From Ancylonema sp. (Eukaryota), in contig JBFLGF010000188.1 in assembly GCA_050230475.1 (NCBI GenBank), positions 1 to 64,000 on the forward strand: a stretch of 64,000 bases of DNA, read 5' to 3'. Made by a program: the position numbers and the translations under genes. The notes under the pieces were generated by a model. It was not told the origin of the DNA, did not search any database, and worked only from the letters and a program-made list of their open reading frames with translations. Each line of letters opens with the position of its first letter. Position 1 is the stretch's first letter. Positions 36,146-49,629 of the stretch are shown here, in pieces.

Positions 36146-39100
36146 TATAAGCTTTTGAGTGATTAGACGTGCCGGAATAATTAGGTGGGCGACAAAACGA
36201 ACCGTACGCAAAAGGATCTCTCTCACTCATGATCAACGAGACAGGAGTTGCGGGTGTGGAACGAATTATTATTGTGATTGCATCGGGGATGGTAATACCC
36301 GATGCGCTTTAAAGATTGTTGTGTGCCGACTCGGCCTATCATTGACTGACAGCTCTCTCTTCTACATGTCAACGGCACATGCATGCCGGACATTTCTGAC
36401 ACGACCGACTAAACAAGCAAGCCAATCACGACGCGTCAAACAAAGCGTCAAACAAATAACGTCTCTAAGCGTCGGTAACATGTCAGGTGCCCGGGCACAA
36501 ACTTGCCCGGCCCCGCCCGGTTAGAGTAACCGGTTACAACTGGACTAGCAAGCATAACATATGGCTATCCAAAATATTCAAACACACCCCCTCGGATGCC
36601 ATGCTAAAGTAGGCAAAGATGCAGACATCAAAAGGAGTACCCAATTCATTGACAAATCATGGCAGAACCATTGCATAACATATAAAACAGTTTTGGTCTT
36701 CCCTAGCATACAAGCGTGCTAGGGGTTTCTATCGATAACACAAATGCAGCCGTTCGGAAGCCGATCGGAACTCCATGAAGTCGAAACGCTCCAGAAGATC
36801 CTTAGTCGTTTTTCAGGCCGAAGCCCTGAACATACAAACAAATACCACGAGTTAGGCGAAAAACAAAAAAACTTATGAAAATATTTTTGAATTTTTAACT
36901 TTTTCAACCTTTATGATTCTGAAAATTTTACACTTTCCAGTCAGAAAAATCTCAAAACAGCATAACTTCAAAATTACCAGTCCTATCAGCACCAACCTTT
37001 TGACACAAGTTTTGCAACAGTGATTAGGACATACCATTCAAAAATTCAGAACAAACTGACAAGTTTAAAGTTGAGCAGATTCACACTTTCACTTTCTTCT
37101 GATCTTAAAGTGTCCTTAAGTGTCTTTAAGCAAGTGGTCTTTTCAAGGTATTAAGGTAAGAGTGTGACTTAGCTGGATGAGCTGAAGTTGTTGTACCCTC
37201 CCCATTACTTCTGCATGAAAGAAACATAACAACACAGCCCCTGCCAACATGCATGGCGTTCGAAACCTCTGATCATAAAAATAAAAGAAAGGACTACACC
37301 CCCAATTCAGTACAACCGTCCAAAACCTAGACTTTTGCTGTGTCTGTCCAGTAAAACTTGAGGAAGAGCTTTGGTTAGCATATCTGCTGGTTGATTGGCG
37401 CCTGAGATACACATATTTTAGTCTGCCCGTGCTGTGGCATTCCCGTACCCAGTGATATACCACATTAAAATGTTTTGCTTTCTGTCTTTGCACAGGATTC
37501 TGGATCATGGAGAGAGTTGAGGTTGAATCAGTGTGGATTGTGATTTGGTTTGGAAACTTGAGTTCTTTCAAGAGAGACTTTAGATAACAACACTCTTTAG
37601 ATACACTACAGGCAGCGATATATTCAGCCTCAGCAGTGCTCTGTGCAATAGTGGACTGCTTCTGCGACTTCCAACTCAGTGCTGTCCCCCCAACCGTGGT
37701 TACCCATCCTGTGACTGACTTTCCTGTCCTGCAATCGTTCCATGATGCATCGCAGTAACCCTTTACTTCAAAGATGTCTTTACCCACAAACGTCAGTCCG
37801 TGGTTCACAGTCCCTTTAAGGTATCTGATGAATAGTTGATGTAACGCCCTTATGTGTGCGACCCCAGGATTTCCCATGTGTTTAGCCAGTACCCCAAGTG
37901 CATACCCGATGTCCAGTCTGGTTTGTTTCATGGCGTATATGAGAGATCCCACTTTTCCTCGAAAATTTGTTACTTCTTCAGGGGTAGGGGGAAGAGTTGG
38001 TTCATCATTTTGCGTAAACTGAGTTCCAGGGGCTAGAGGGAGTTTGGTTGGATTACACTCATGCATCCCATAACGTTCGAGTACTCCCCTTAAGAAACCT
38101 GACTGTCACAGTGTGAGCAGTTTTCTCTGTCTATCCCTCTTCACTTCCACCCCCAGGATATGGGTTAGGGGACCCAGATCCTTGACTTTGAACTTTTTAC
38201 CCATGTCCTTTAAAAGTGTTATGACCACCATTGCGTTAGGGACCTGTGATCACCTGATCATCTACATGTATGCCAAGTATGATTCTGCTGTCTGCTTCCC
38301 CCCTCATATATATACATGTGTCCATTACCAGAGCTTACGCATTGCCCTTCAGATATCATAAACTTTCTGAACATCTCTTACCACACGTGGCTACTCTGTT
38401 TTAGACCGTACAAAGCCCCCTTAAGTCGTAAGACCTTTCCCTCAGCACCCCCATTGATGTACATACGTGGTGGTATTTTCATATAAACTTCTTTTTCCAG
38501 ACGTCCATGCAAGAACGTTGTGATTACGTCCATCTGTTCCAGTTCCCAGTCATATTGGTTGGCTATAGAAAGGAGTAGGGTGATAGATGTACTGTCGATT
38601 ACTGGTGCAAATACTTCGTTATAGTCAATACCCTTTTGCTGTAAGAATCCCTGTGCGACCAGTCTGACTTTATATCTTTCAATATCCCCCCTGAGGTGTT
38701 GTTTTGTGTTGTTTTGACCTTAAAAACATATCGACATACCTGGAGGAAGTACACACACCTCAAAGGTGTTGAACGTCTCCTAGGGCAGCGAGCTCTTCCA
38801 CGATGGCCCTGTCCCACTGGTCCCAGTCTGGCCTCATCATCGCATGGTTAGGGTGAGTGGCTCGGAGGAGTTGCTGTTTGATGCCACGCATGCGTAGCCA
38901 GGATCGACAGGACCGTTGAAGCCAGTGTAGAAACAGCTGGGCTCCCACTCAGTCGCTGAGTAGTTGGCATGGGCTGCGTCATCGAACTCCTCCCCATCAC
39001 ATCACATGAGATCCCCATATTCAGCAAAATTGGCTCGTCTTCTGGCCATCACCCAATCAGCTATGCTGCCTGGCTCCCCCACTCCTGGGTTCGCACCCAC

Positions 39101-42100
39101 TCCTTGCACCTCCTCCTCCCCTGCATCTCCACCTCCTGCGTTGTTGATCCCTGAACTGGTCGGACAGCTCAATCGTGGCGGCGTTAGGGACCTCAGCAGC
39201 TTGTGGCTGGAAGTTGTCGTGCGGATAGTCGATGGCAGCTGCTGGCTCAGGGACCTGGGCTGGTGCTGGGATTGGCTGCAGAACTGCTGGCATCGGTTGC
39301 AGAACTGCTGGCATGATTGGGTGGACTGCTGCTGCTGGCATGTTGGGGTGGACTGCTGCTGCTGGAACAACTGCTGCTGCGGGTTCATCTTCGGTGTCGG
39401 GGAAAAGATAGAAAAAGTGTTTTTCTGCTGCCGCCTGAACCTGGGGAGCTCTCCCCCTCATGAGCTTCGGGTACCCCGGCACCTCCTCGAAGAACCGCAC
39501 GTCCCTCGAAGAACCGCACGTCCATGCATGGGGGTCGAATACGTTGTAGCCTGCACTCCCCGCAGCCATCCCCAGAAACACACCAAAACAAGTGCGAGGG
39601 GCAAACTTGTCCCCTTGCCTGTTCTTTTCCGCCCCAACCTTCAAGTATTGAACCAGACACCCAAACTTATGACTTTTGTTCATTTTCATGTTCTTTCCCT
39701 CCAAGACTTCAATTGGGATTCTGCCAGCGAGCGACTTAGTGGGAGTTCTGTTCCTTAACCAGTTTGCTGTAACAATGCAACATCCCAATACGACTTCGGT
39801 AGACCGACCAGATCAATATGCATCGCATTTTTTCTGTCAATGTTCTATTCAGTCTTTCACAGATTCCGTTTTGTTTCAGGACTGTATGCTTCTGTGGTTT
39901 GCTTGTCAATACCCTTCCCCCCACAGTAGTTCATCCAGTCCTAAGACACATCCTGAGACACATACTCCCCACCCTTGTCTGTCCGTATAGACTGTAGTGG
40001 CAACCCTGACTGTACCTCGAGCAAGTGTATAGTGACCTTTGCTCGGTTCACTGCTTCATCCTTAGTTTTCAGTAAACTGACAAATGACAGACGTGTGGAC
40101 ACCTCAATCCCTGTCTTTGCATAAGTGAAACCTCCATTAGCAGACCTAACAGACAGAGGTCCAATGAGATCCAGGTGAATGCGACCCATCTTGGGGCATG
40201 TCCCCAGATCTGACCTTAGCGTGACTCAACTGACTCATTTTCCCTTGACAACAAACCTGACATCCCCTGACTTCAGTTAATTCATCTGGACTTAACTGTG
40301 GGATGTCACCACGTCTGACAAAATCTGACATCACATCAGAACCGGGGTGACCCAGTTTGTGATGCCAAATCATGCCTGTGGACAAATTTGCTCTCGTATC
40401 ATGAGATCCAGGCATTACGATGGTAGCAGCAAGCAAAGTCAGACCACTAGGCTGCTGCAGTACATCAGCCCAATTCGCATTCCCCTTGTTTAATTCTGGA
40501 CCCGTGGGCAGCTGTAAGAAGCTCAGCCCACCTCTTTTGACGAGGCACGATGTCGACACGAGGGTGCAGGCAAAGGTAAGGACGTGGATCGAGTTGAGTG
40601 GCTGCACAAAAAATGTGTCGCCATTCCTCACTCGGATGTGCACGAAACCAGTGCCTTCCACTTTGTGTGACAAGCCGTCAGCAGTGGTGATGAAGGCCTT
40701 CTGCGTGCTCAGGGTAGGTGTGTACTCCACAAAGTGTTCACGTTCAGTGAAAATGTGGTCGGTAGCACCTGAATCCAGGATCAGGGAGTCTGTGTGAGAA
40801 CCAGCAGACAATGCTCGAGCAACATCGAACGAGAAAGCACCAAAAGCTCAATAAATAATCCACATTTCGAAAGTTTTGTCAGCAAAGCGAGCAAGTCTAG
40901 CTGTGCTCAGCCCTTCGAGCAGCTTCGGGTTCATTAAAGCCATGTCAGAGTGCGTTTTCTACATTGTTCAATCGTGTGCCCTACATTGTGCAATATCTGC
41001 ACCTGTCTCCCCCCTGAACTTCCGAGTCGCGTGCGCAACATTTCCAGCTGCTGGCGATGGCGCAGGGCACTGAGCAGCTCCTGCCTGGTGGCACCTGTGA
41101 CATTTCCAGGCTCCGGCATGGCCTCCGCCAATAGCTGGTGAAGGGCAGTTCGCTCTGAATGTGGCCGAATTTGTGGCAGCCGAAAGCCGAAGCATCTGCA
41201 GCGTCTCTGCGACCAGCTCCAGTCCCACCACCAGGTCTGCTGCCTCCAGCTCCGCCACCCCCTCCAGGTCCACCATAATGTGCTTGGTGACCTCCTGGCA
41301 GCGCCCCCCTCTTACGCTCGTTCAGCTCCTTTCTGACGTCGTCGCGCAGCAACGCACTCACGATGTGGGGAATTGTGAACAAATGTGGAGACGATTCCGA
41401 CCACGGCATCAGCGTCGAGACCATTGGGGTGTAATGAGTGTTTAAAGAGTTGAGCAGGTTGATCGCGTGCTTCGTTGGAGTTATTGGCGCCCCCAGATTC
41501 TTCAAATCTTGGTGCAACTGCTGAAGACGCTTGACGTATACGTTGAGGTCCTCCGCCTCAGTCTGTACGATCGCGCTCAGCAGCGCCTCGGTATTCGCGA
41601 TCTCGATCGCACCCTGCACCTCGTAGAATGTCCTCAGGGCATCCCACATTCCGGCAGCTGTCGTGCAGTCCGTGACGTGCGTTAGCTCCGATGGTCCCAA
41701 ATGTTTGACTATGTAGGACATGGCAGCCAGATTATCCTCGTCCCATTTCTCGAGCTGCAGCAGCTGCTGGGAAATGTGTTGCTCCGTGACCAATATTTCG
41801 ACATCAACGTCGATCCCCCTGGCGGCAAATTGCAGCTCGTTGTCAGGTGTCGATGGAAGTATTACGTCTGGGCGACACCTTCGCGGCATGCTGTCCCAAT
41901 CCATCACCAAACGATGCAGTTTCTTGTCCGCCAGCCCATACTTGACCTTGAAGGCCCATCCTGTGTAATCTTGCTCCAGTGAACTGTGGGATTTGCGACC
42001 TATCCGACATTGTGGCAGCAATTGTTTAGGATTTCACAAACTTTCTCGCTCAGCTCGAGTTCTCAGTGCAATTCCTGCACTGCACCACTCAGCTCGAAAA

Positions 42101-42711
42101 ATTGCAGCGCAATGTCAAAATTACGTGCAGCACTTAACAACTACGAATATATTTGCGCTCACTGGCAGAATATACCGTTCTCAGAGATTACCGCAGCGAA
42201 ATCGCGTGGAGCCTTTAGTTTTTAACCAACACGGCGTCTGATCTAGACCGCACGTGGGCCCATAACCTGTAAGCTTTTGAGTGATTAGACGTGCCGGAAT
42301 AATTAGGTGGGCGACAAAACGAACCGTACGCAAAAGGATCTCTATCACTGATGATCAACGAGACAGGAGAGTCGTGTGTGGAACGAATTATTATTGTGAT
42401 TGCGTCGGGGATGGTAATACCCGATGCCAGATTGTTACAGATTGTTGTGTGCCGACGGTCGGCACAATTGTCCGTCGGCCTATCATTGACTGACAGCTCT
42501 TCTACATGTCAACGGCACATGCCGGACAGTTCTGACACGACTAAACAAGCCCATCACGACGCGTCAAACAAATAACGTCTCTAAGCGTCGGAAACATGTC
42601 AGGTCCCCGGGCACAAACTTGCCCGACCCCGCATATTGCCTCCCGGTTAGAGTAAACCGGTTACAAGTGGACTAGCAAGCATAACATATGGCTATCCAAA
42701 ATATTCCAACA
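36146..42711 (-). mobile_element. Near full-length but decayed Ty1/Copia element (family A) with both LTRs
   Basis: LTRs at 42268-42711 and 36146-36584; PBS GGTTATGGGCCCA; PPT GAGGGGGTG. Domains: gag (DYTGWAFKV), protease LILDSGATDH, WHHKLGHPG, integrase IHLDLIGP/RTDKGGEY, RT, RNase H GYCDASW/AEAEY. Order PR-INT-RT-RH. Confidence 0.95.
42255..42267 (-). promoter_or_regulatory. Copia primer-binding site (internal/half tRNA-iMet type)
   Basis: GGTTATGGGCCCA directly after the LTR terminal CA, the same PBS type as Drosophila copia. Confidence 0.85.
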
Positions 42712-44157
42712 CATAGGATACCGGCCACGCGGCGAGCCATCTCAGTGGGTTCCACTTTTAGGACTTGGTGGCGGGTTCCATCGATGTCCATGGGGACGAT
42801 CTGCAAGTGAGAGGGGATCTGCTGGGGAGACTGATCAGCAGCTTTGGCCTCGAGGGGGATACGCAAGTTTGGAGGGCCGATCCAGACTGCTGGCAGCCAT
42901 ACTGTTCTCCACCTTCTTGACAAAGTTAATGTAGTCAGAGAAGGTTTGAGGGGGGTCCTGCACTTTGAGGATCTCCCTACGAAGCTCTTGCTTGAGTTTC
43001 TCAAAGAAGGTGTGGATACAGAAGTGGTCAGGTTAGTGGGGAAATGTCTCGACAATGGCTCTGAACTGGATAGTGAATTCTAACACTGGGCTTGTTTGTC
43101 TGAGCTCGCGCAGATGGCGTTCTTTGGTGAGGCGAGTATCCCCCTCCCCAAAGTAGTTTTGAAGGTCCTTCAACAGCCTGGCTGCACCAAACTCCGCCGG
43201 GAGGTCGCCATTCTTGTCGAGGTAGTTAGAGAACCACTCATAGGCAGGTCCAGTTAGGAATTTGCTCACGTAGTGGACTCTTTGGACAAGGTTGCTAAAC
43301 CGCCTAGGAGCCAGCCTGATCATGTATGTGACCTGGATGCAAAATGTGTTTAGATGTTTGGGTGTACCATCGCCCTTAGGAGGATCAACTGGAACCAGGC
43401 CCCGGAGAGTAGGGGTAGGTTGGGGGTCGGGAGCGGGTGGATCAGGGGTATAAGCCATGTAAATAGCTTCATAAGCTCTGTAAATTTGCTTTTAATATCC
43501 TTGTTTTCATCCGCCAAAATTCTAATCTTTTCATCTTGAGATTCTTGCATCTGGCGTAAGGCTTCCATGACTTCTTGTGAATTGGGAGAAGACATGGTGG
43601 AATGGAAAGAAGATGAAAAAGAAGGCGGCTGAATGAGGTTCAAATCCAGAATATTCTAAAAAAAACCTCAAAAATGTTAATTCCTATCAAAGTGTTAAGG
43701 GCGGATGCAAAGGCGTCCCTAGCAAGCTAGTTGCGAAATGTACACAAGAAAAAAGATGGAAAAATGCCGGATAGGACAAGAGAGCTTGAGCCGGATGGAA
43801 TGGTTATATTTATATAATGACAACTCGAAGTGAGTGCAAATACATGAGTTGATAGGAATGCTCCAGAGGCATTCCTATCGGCTAGATATAGGAAAGTCGA
43901 CCCTAGTCGACTCTGAGATCATTGTGGGATAACTCACTCAAAATATGCTAATGACACATCAAGTCTAGCTAAAGTCACAACTGTCTGAGCTAGGGACACA
44001 TCAGAATACTCCCTAGGGGCTAGGCGGCCGCTAGGGACACAACTCTCACTATATAGGGGCAGAACTCGCCATACGGAAAACTGAGCTAGTAGCGCTCTAG
44101 CGCTAAGTGTGGGGACCTCGCTAAGGAGCCCTAGTGAGTGTATCGAGGGTCCTAACA

Positions 44158-45200
44158 GCTAGTGCGCACCCAAATTTAGGTGGCTCGTATCAGATTCTCA
44201 GATCCTGAACGTACGGTATTCTACTTTTCCTCCTCCCTAACTGGTGCTGTTGGCGAGTGGTTCACTCAGCAGCATGACCCGGAGGACAACCTTCCAATTG
44301 GGTATGATATGGACGACCTTTTGGAAGGTGTGAGCGAGGCCTTTGGCGACGTCCCCTCCAACGAACGCGAGCTGCGTGAACGCAAACAAAGAGGGGCGGT
44401 CCAGGATTTTACAGCCAAGTTCAAAACCTTAGTCAAGGGGTTTCAGGGGTGGGGAGATCATCCTATGATCTTAACTTAGTTTGACAAGCTAAAACCCGAG
44501 GTGCGGAAAGAGATCCTGAAGGTTCAGACATCCCCCAATATATTCTCCGGAGTATGTTACCTTTGTGAAGAACATCGAGAACGCCCTGGCTGCTGCTCGC
44601 CTTGAGAGACCATTCCGCGTGACCTACGTTCCTCCCAAGGCCAGAGCTGCTGATTAGTCCCCCATTGCAAATCCCCCCTCATTTAAAAGTGGGCCCCACA
44701 CAACTCGACGGGACCCGCCGCCCAGATTTGAAGGTGAACCTCACTAAGATGGCTCGCCGCATTAATGGCAATCTCTGCCATTACCGCGGTTTGCCCGGTC
44801 ATGTTCTCCGGAACTGCCCAAATCAAAAGCGGTCCCGCACCGTGCGTTTCCTAGATCTGCAACCCGAGGAGCCAAAAAACGAACCCCCCACACAGTCCTA
44901 GGAGGGGTTTGTGCGGGTCCCGTTATCCCTACCCTCCTCCATTCTTCAACCCCGCCAGCTTTTGCTGGCCTACCAGATCCTACGCTATCCCCTTGCCCCC
45001 ATCCCCATTCACGTGCTGATTAACTCGGGAGCGTCCGGAAACTTCGTTGACCCCCAACTCTTGGCAGACACCAACCTCATCACCCATCCTCAACCTCATC
45101 CTTAACCTCATCATCATCATCATCGATGACAGCCCCCCTGCTGCCGGTCCTATCACCTTTTTTTACCCCGCCCAGATCCAATCCCCACGGAACCATAGGC
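44158..45200 (+). pseudogene. Gag-protease fragment of a family-C relative
   Basis: RFSDPER; LTGAVGEWF; RKQRGAVQDF; LCHYRGLPGH; EPKNEPPTQS*; LINSGASGNF. Confidence 0.85.
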
Positions 45201-45437
45201 ATAATTTTTCGAGGTTCCGAGGATGACGTTCTGTCAATCACACTCAACTGTACTAAGAGTGGACTTGCACGCAAGATCCTCTAATCAGACTTTCTATCTC
45301 AAGCTTACACTTTTGCTGTGTTGATGCTTGTAATGTCGTGATCGATTGATTCATGAGTTGATTAAGAGTTGAACTTGGCAGAAGAAAGTTCTCACACTAC
45401 GTAACAAGTGGTAGCCATACACCTTATTTAAATTTTA

Positions 45438-46994
45438 CATAGCGGCACGGATACGTCAAAAAAGTCCGGATACGCCGTATCCGATACGTGATACGTATCG
45501 GATACGTGGATACGTCTGGTTGCCAAAGCGAACAAAAAATCCCGAAAAATTAATAGACAAAAAATCCGCATAAACCCCATTTAAAAAAAACCCTCAAGTT
45601 TGATATCCACGCATATTTTCCACCGACACGAGACTCACCGTTCGACAAATGGTAGACGACAGAAAAAAGCATCTATGTTTTGTCTTCAATCACTGAAGGA
45701 ACATCAGAATGCATTGTCCCTGGTCAATATATAGGAATTGCGGCATGACTATCTCGGGGATCGTTCCACCGATGGGCGGTGCCGACCTCAAACAACTGTC
45801 GTGTATCGTCTGGCCACACATATCCGATCACTATAGACAAATGCAGACAATATTAGCTGGAGATGCCGTAGGGAGGCGGCTCCATCGACTAATGTCTCCA
45901 TTTGTCTATAGTGATCTGTGTTCCATAACGTTCTCTGAAGAACGAAGTAGGAATGTGACTCATACGGATTAAATGTTCACTTCCTCTCTAATCAATCCTG
46001 ATACCCTTCCTAGTGTAACCCTGTCGCAACCCTGTTGTAATGAGAGTCGCGTATGTCTGATGCGAGTGCGGACTCAGAGCCGCAGTTGCAGCTGTCCGAC
46101 GCATCCAACGAGTCCAGTGGAAACGAAAAGTTGCCCCCCTTCAAAACCATAATACATGCGCAGCTTGTTTTAGGTCCACCAAAGAAAGGCGGCGGGTGTA
46201 GTCATCGTGTCACTTCCCACCCCGTGTGAACTAATGGCAGACCTAAAACTGCTTGGCTTGCACGGTATAACGTGTCTCACTTGAAGAAGATTGCCGAGAG
46301 AATTACTGCCATGGTGTTGAGTGCAGGAGCGTGTGAGAGAGTTTGGAGCACATACTCGTGGATACATGACAAAAGGAGGACCTCGCTCACTGCTGAAAGA
46401 GCCAATGACTTGGTGTATGTCTACACTAATAGGAAGTTGATATAAAAATTTGGGAAAGCTAAGAAATTCGCTGACTGGGTAGGGGGAGAAAGCGATGTGG
46501 AGTAGATGATGTGTATATGTGAGTAGAAATTTGAGGGTGTGGTAGAAAATTTCTTTATGAATCGTGTGTTTAGGCGATGATCAAAAATTGGAACGTACTC
46601 TCTCAAATTTCGAAGGAGGAAGTGTGAACGATGTGCATATTTTTGTGTACTTTTCATGTTGATACGAATTGACAGTGAAAAGAAATAATGTTTTTGAAGG
46701 TGCTTGAAAAAGTGCAATTCAATAAGCGGAATCATGATATGAAAAATTTGCACTAGAGTAAGAAAACACAAGATGAGAAGAAAAAAAAAAACATTTTTTT
46801 TTTTTTTCAAATCGGATACGTCAGTACAGTAAACGGATACGTCCGTACATCCGTACGACGTATCGGATACGGCCGGATACGGCGGGATATTGTACGGCAC
46901 GTATCCGATTTCTAGGGGATACGTCAAATGGGGACGAGTCCGACGTATCCCCGTATCCGTATCCGATACGTATCCCCGTATCCGTGCTGCTATG
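45438..46994 (+). mobile_element. Internally deleted hAT DNA transposon with transposase dimerisation-domain remnant
   Basis: 18-bp TIRs CATAGCGGCACGGATACG / CGTATCCGTGCTGCTATG and many subterminal GGATAC/GTATCC repeats. 46278-46445 translates as HLKKIAERITAMVLSAGACERVWSTYSWIHDKRRTSLTAERANDLVYVYTN. TSD not clear. Confidence 0.88.
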
Positions 46995-47009
46995 GAATTA
47001 CTACATCGA

Positions 47010-47230
47010 ACCATAGGCATGATTCGAAAAAGCGAGAGTAATTACTACGCATTTGCCACAGTCGTTGTCCGTAAAAATGACGAAAACGGAAACGATACAG
47101 ACTATAGCCAGTGCAAAAATTACCGCCCTATCAACAATCAAACACAAGAGGATAGATATCAATTACCACGAATTAAAGATATCTTCTTGGATATGAAGGA
47201 TGCCAAAATCTTTTCAAAGTTAGATTTACG
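47010..47230 (+). pseudogene. Gypsy RT N-terminal fragment (same lineage as 22775-24790)
   Basis: MIRKSES..A.ATVVVRKNDENG...NYRPIN.QT..DRYQLPRIKDIF...IFSKLDLR. Confidence 0.8.
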
Positions 47231-47660
47231 GCCGACACTCGGACGTGCCACATCTGCGGCTTGTCGGGGCATGTACGAGCTAGTTGCCCCTACAAGCAGA
47301 CAGGACTACCTGCATAACAACCTGGCAGTGAGTCACAGCAGATTCAGCCGTCATCTGGAGGGAAGAGGGAGCAGCCACGAGAGCCACCTACAGCTCTAGA
47401 TGCTGATATACGACCTTTGCAACCGTGGTACAAGATCACCGACGAGGATCGGACTCCTGGGACCTTCTCCAACTAGTGCAAGAGAGAGCACCATACCGAG
47501 GCGAAGTGTCTTCCCAAAAAGCGTGGCCTGCCTACGAATCCCTCCCCTGCCCCTTATCGTACCTACACTCCAAGACAGCACATCCAAGAGGATGAGGTGC
47601 TAGCACACGAAGGGACTTTCTACGAGAAACCAGAACAACCTACAACCCTTAACGCGCCTT

Positions 47661-47827
47661 TAGGGGAGGGTACTGTTAGGACCCTCGCTACACTCGCTAG
47701 GCTCCCACGCGAGGTCCCCACACTTCGCGCTAGACAGCTGATAGAGCATATTTTCCTTTAGCGAGTTTTCTCCCTTTTATAGTGAGACTTGTGTCCCTAG
47801 CGGCCGCTTGGCCCCTAGGGAGATTGT
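47661..47827 (+). repeat. Polypurine tract plus 5' part of a family-C 3' LTR, interrupted by a family-B LTR
   Basis: TAGGGGAGGGTAC followed by TGTTAGGACCCTCGC at 47674. Confidence 0.8.
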
Positions 47828-49077
<1,250 letters not shown>

Positions 49078-49289
49078 GATATAATATTGATATATCAGTA
49101 AAGACTCAATCTGCAACATTACTTCAATCCGATAGCGAAAGACATTGATTTTTCCACAATTTGAAGTAAAAAAAAGGTAACCTGACCTCGGATTTGTAAA
49201 AAAAAAAAACTACCTCCTTCGACGATTTGTAATTTTTCATCTGCTCTTCTACAAAAGAGTTGTGTATGCAGTGGTATGGATAACGAGAT

Positions 49290-49625
49290 TCTAGTTGCAA
49301 CCTGCACTTTTGTGGACATCTCTCCGCACGTGCATGTTGTAGCTCGAGGTGTGGTGGCGAACCAACATGCTCTACATCCTCACCAATCCTGCGTCTGCCA
49401 TTCAGGGGTTTGACGCACGGCTGCCGCACGACGTTTGGAAGGTCAGTACCGCCGAGCTGGTCAACCTTTGCGCCAAGAGAGGGCCTATCGACATGGTGGC
49501 ACCTCGCTTCCCCTGCGAGCCCATCAGCAAAGCCGGCCCTTAGCGTGTTCAACAGGATCAACGGTCTCCACTCTTCCTGGATCTCTGGTGCATCATAAAC
49601 TTGTGTCAGACGGAGCAGCAGGGGC
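49290..49625 (+). pseudogene. Cytosine-5 DNA methyltransferase fragment (motifs II-V, DNMT3-like), retrotransposon-associated
   Basis: With one frameshift and one stop: LVATCTFVDISPHVHVVARGVVANQHALHPHQ / PASAIQGFDARLPHDVWKVSTAELVNLCAKRGPIDMVAPRFPCEPISKAGP*RVQQDQRSPLFLDLWCII. Contains the catalytic PC in a GPIDMV...FPC..IS.AG context followed by D.RS.LF. Confidence 0.82.
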
Positions 49626-49629
49626 GTCT

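Larger units (their letters stand above)
34080..44157 (-). mobile_element. Gypsy family C element (5' LTR 43693-44157, gag, protease, RT deleted, integrase with GPF motif and chromodomain start); hosts a nested Copia
   Basis: [56 protein letters not shown]. The gag zinc knuckle is split between 36120 and 42712. No 3' LTR. Confidence 0.92.

Noticed and set aside
36159..36524. Recurring ORF MIRRAGIIRWATKR (also at 15331 and 42281)
   Set aside because: Antisense translation of the Copia family-A LTR with a GTG start; downstream frames differ between copies.
38964..39758. 264-aa Cys/Trp-rich plus-strand ORF
   Set aside because: Antisense shadow of the Copia integrase linker repeats.
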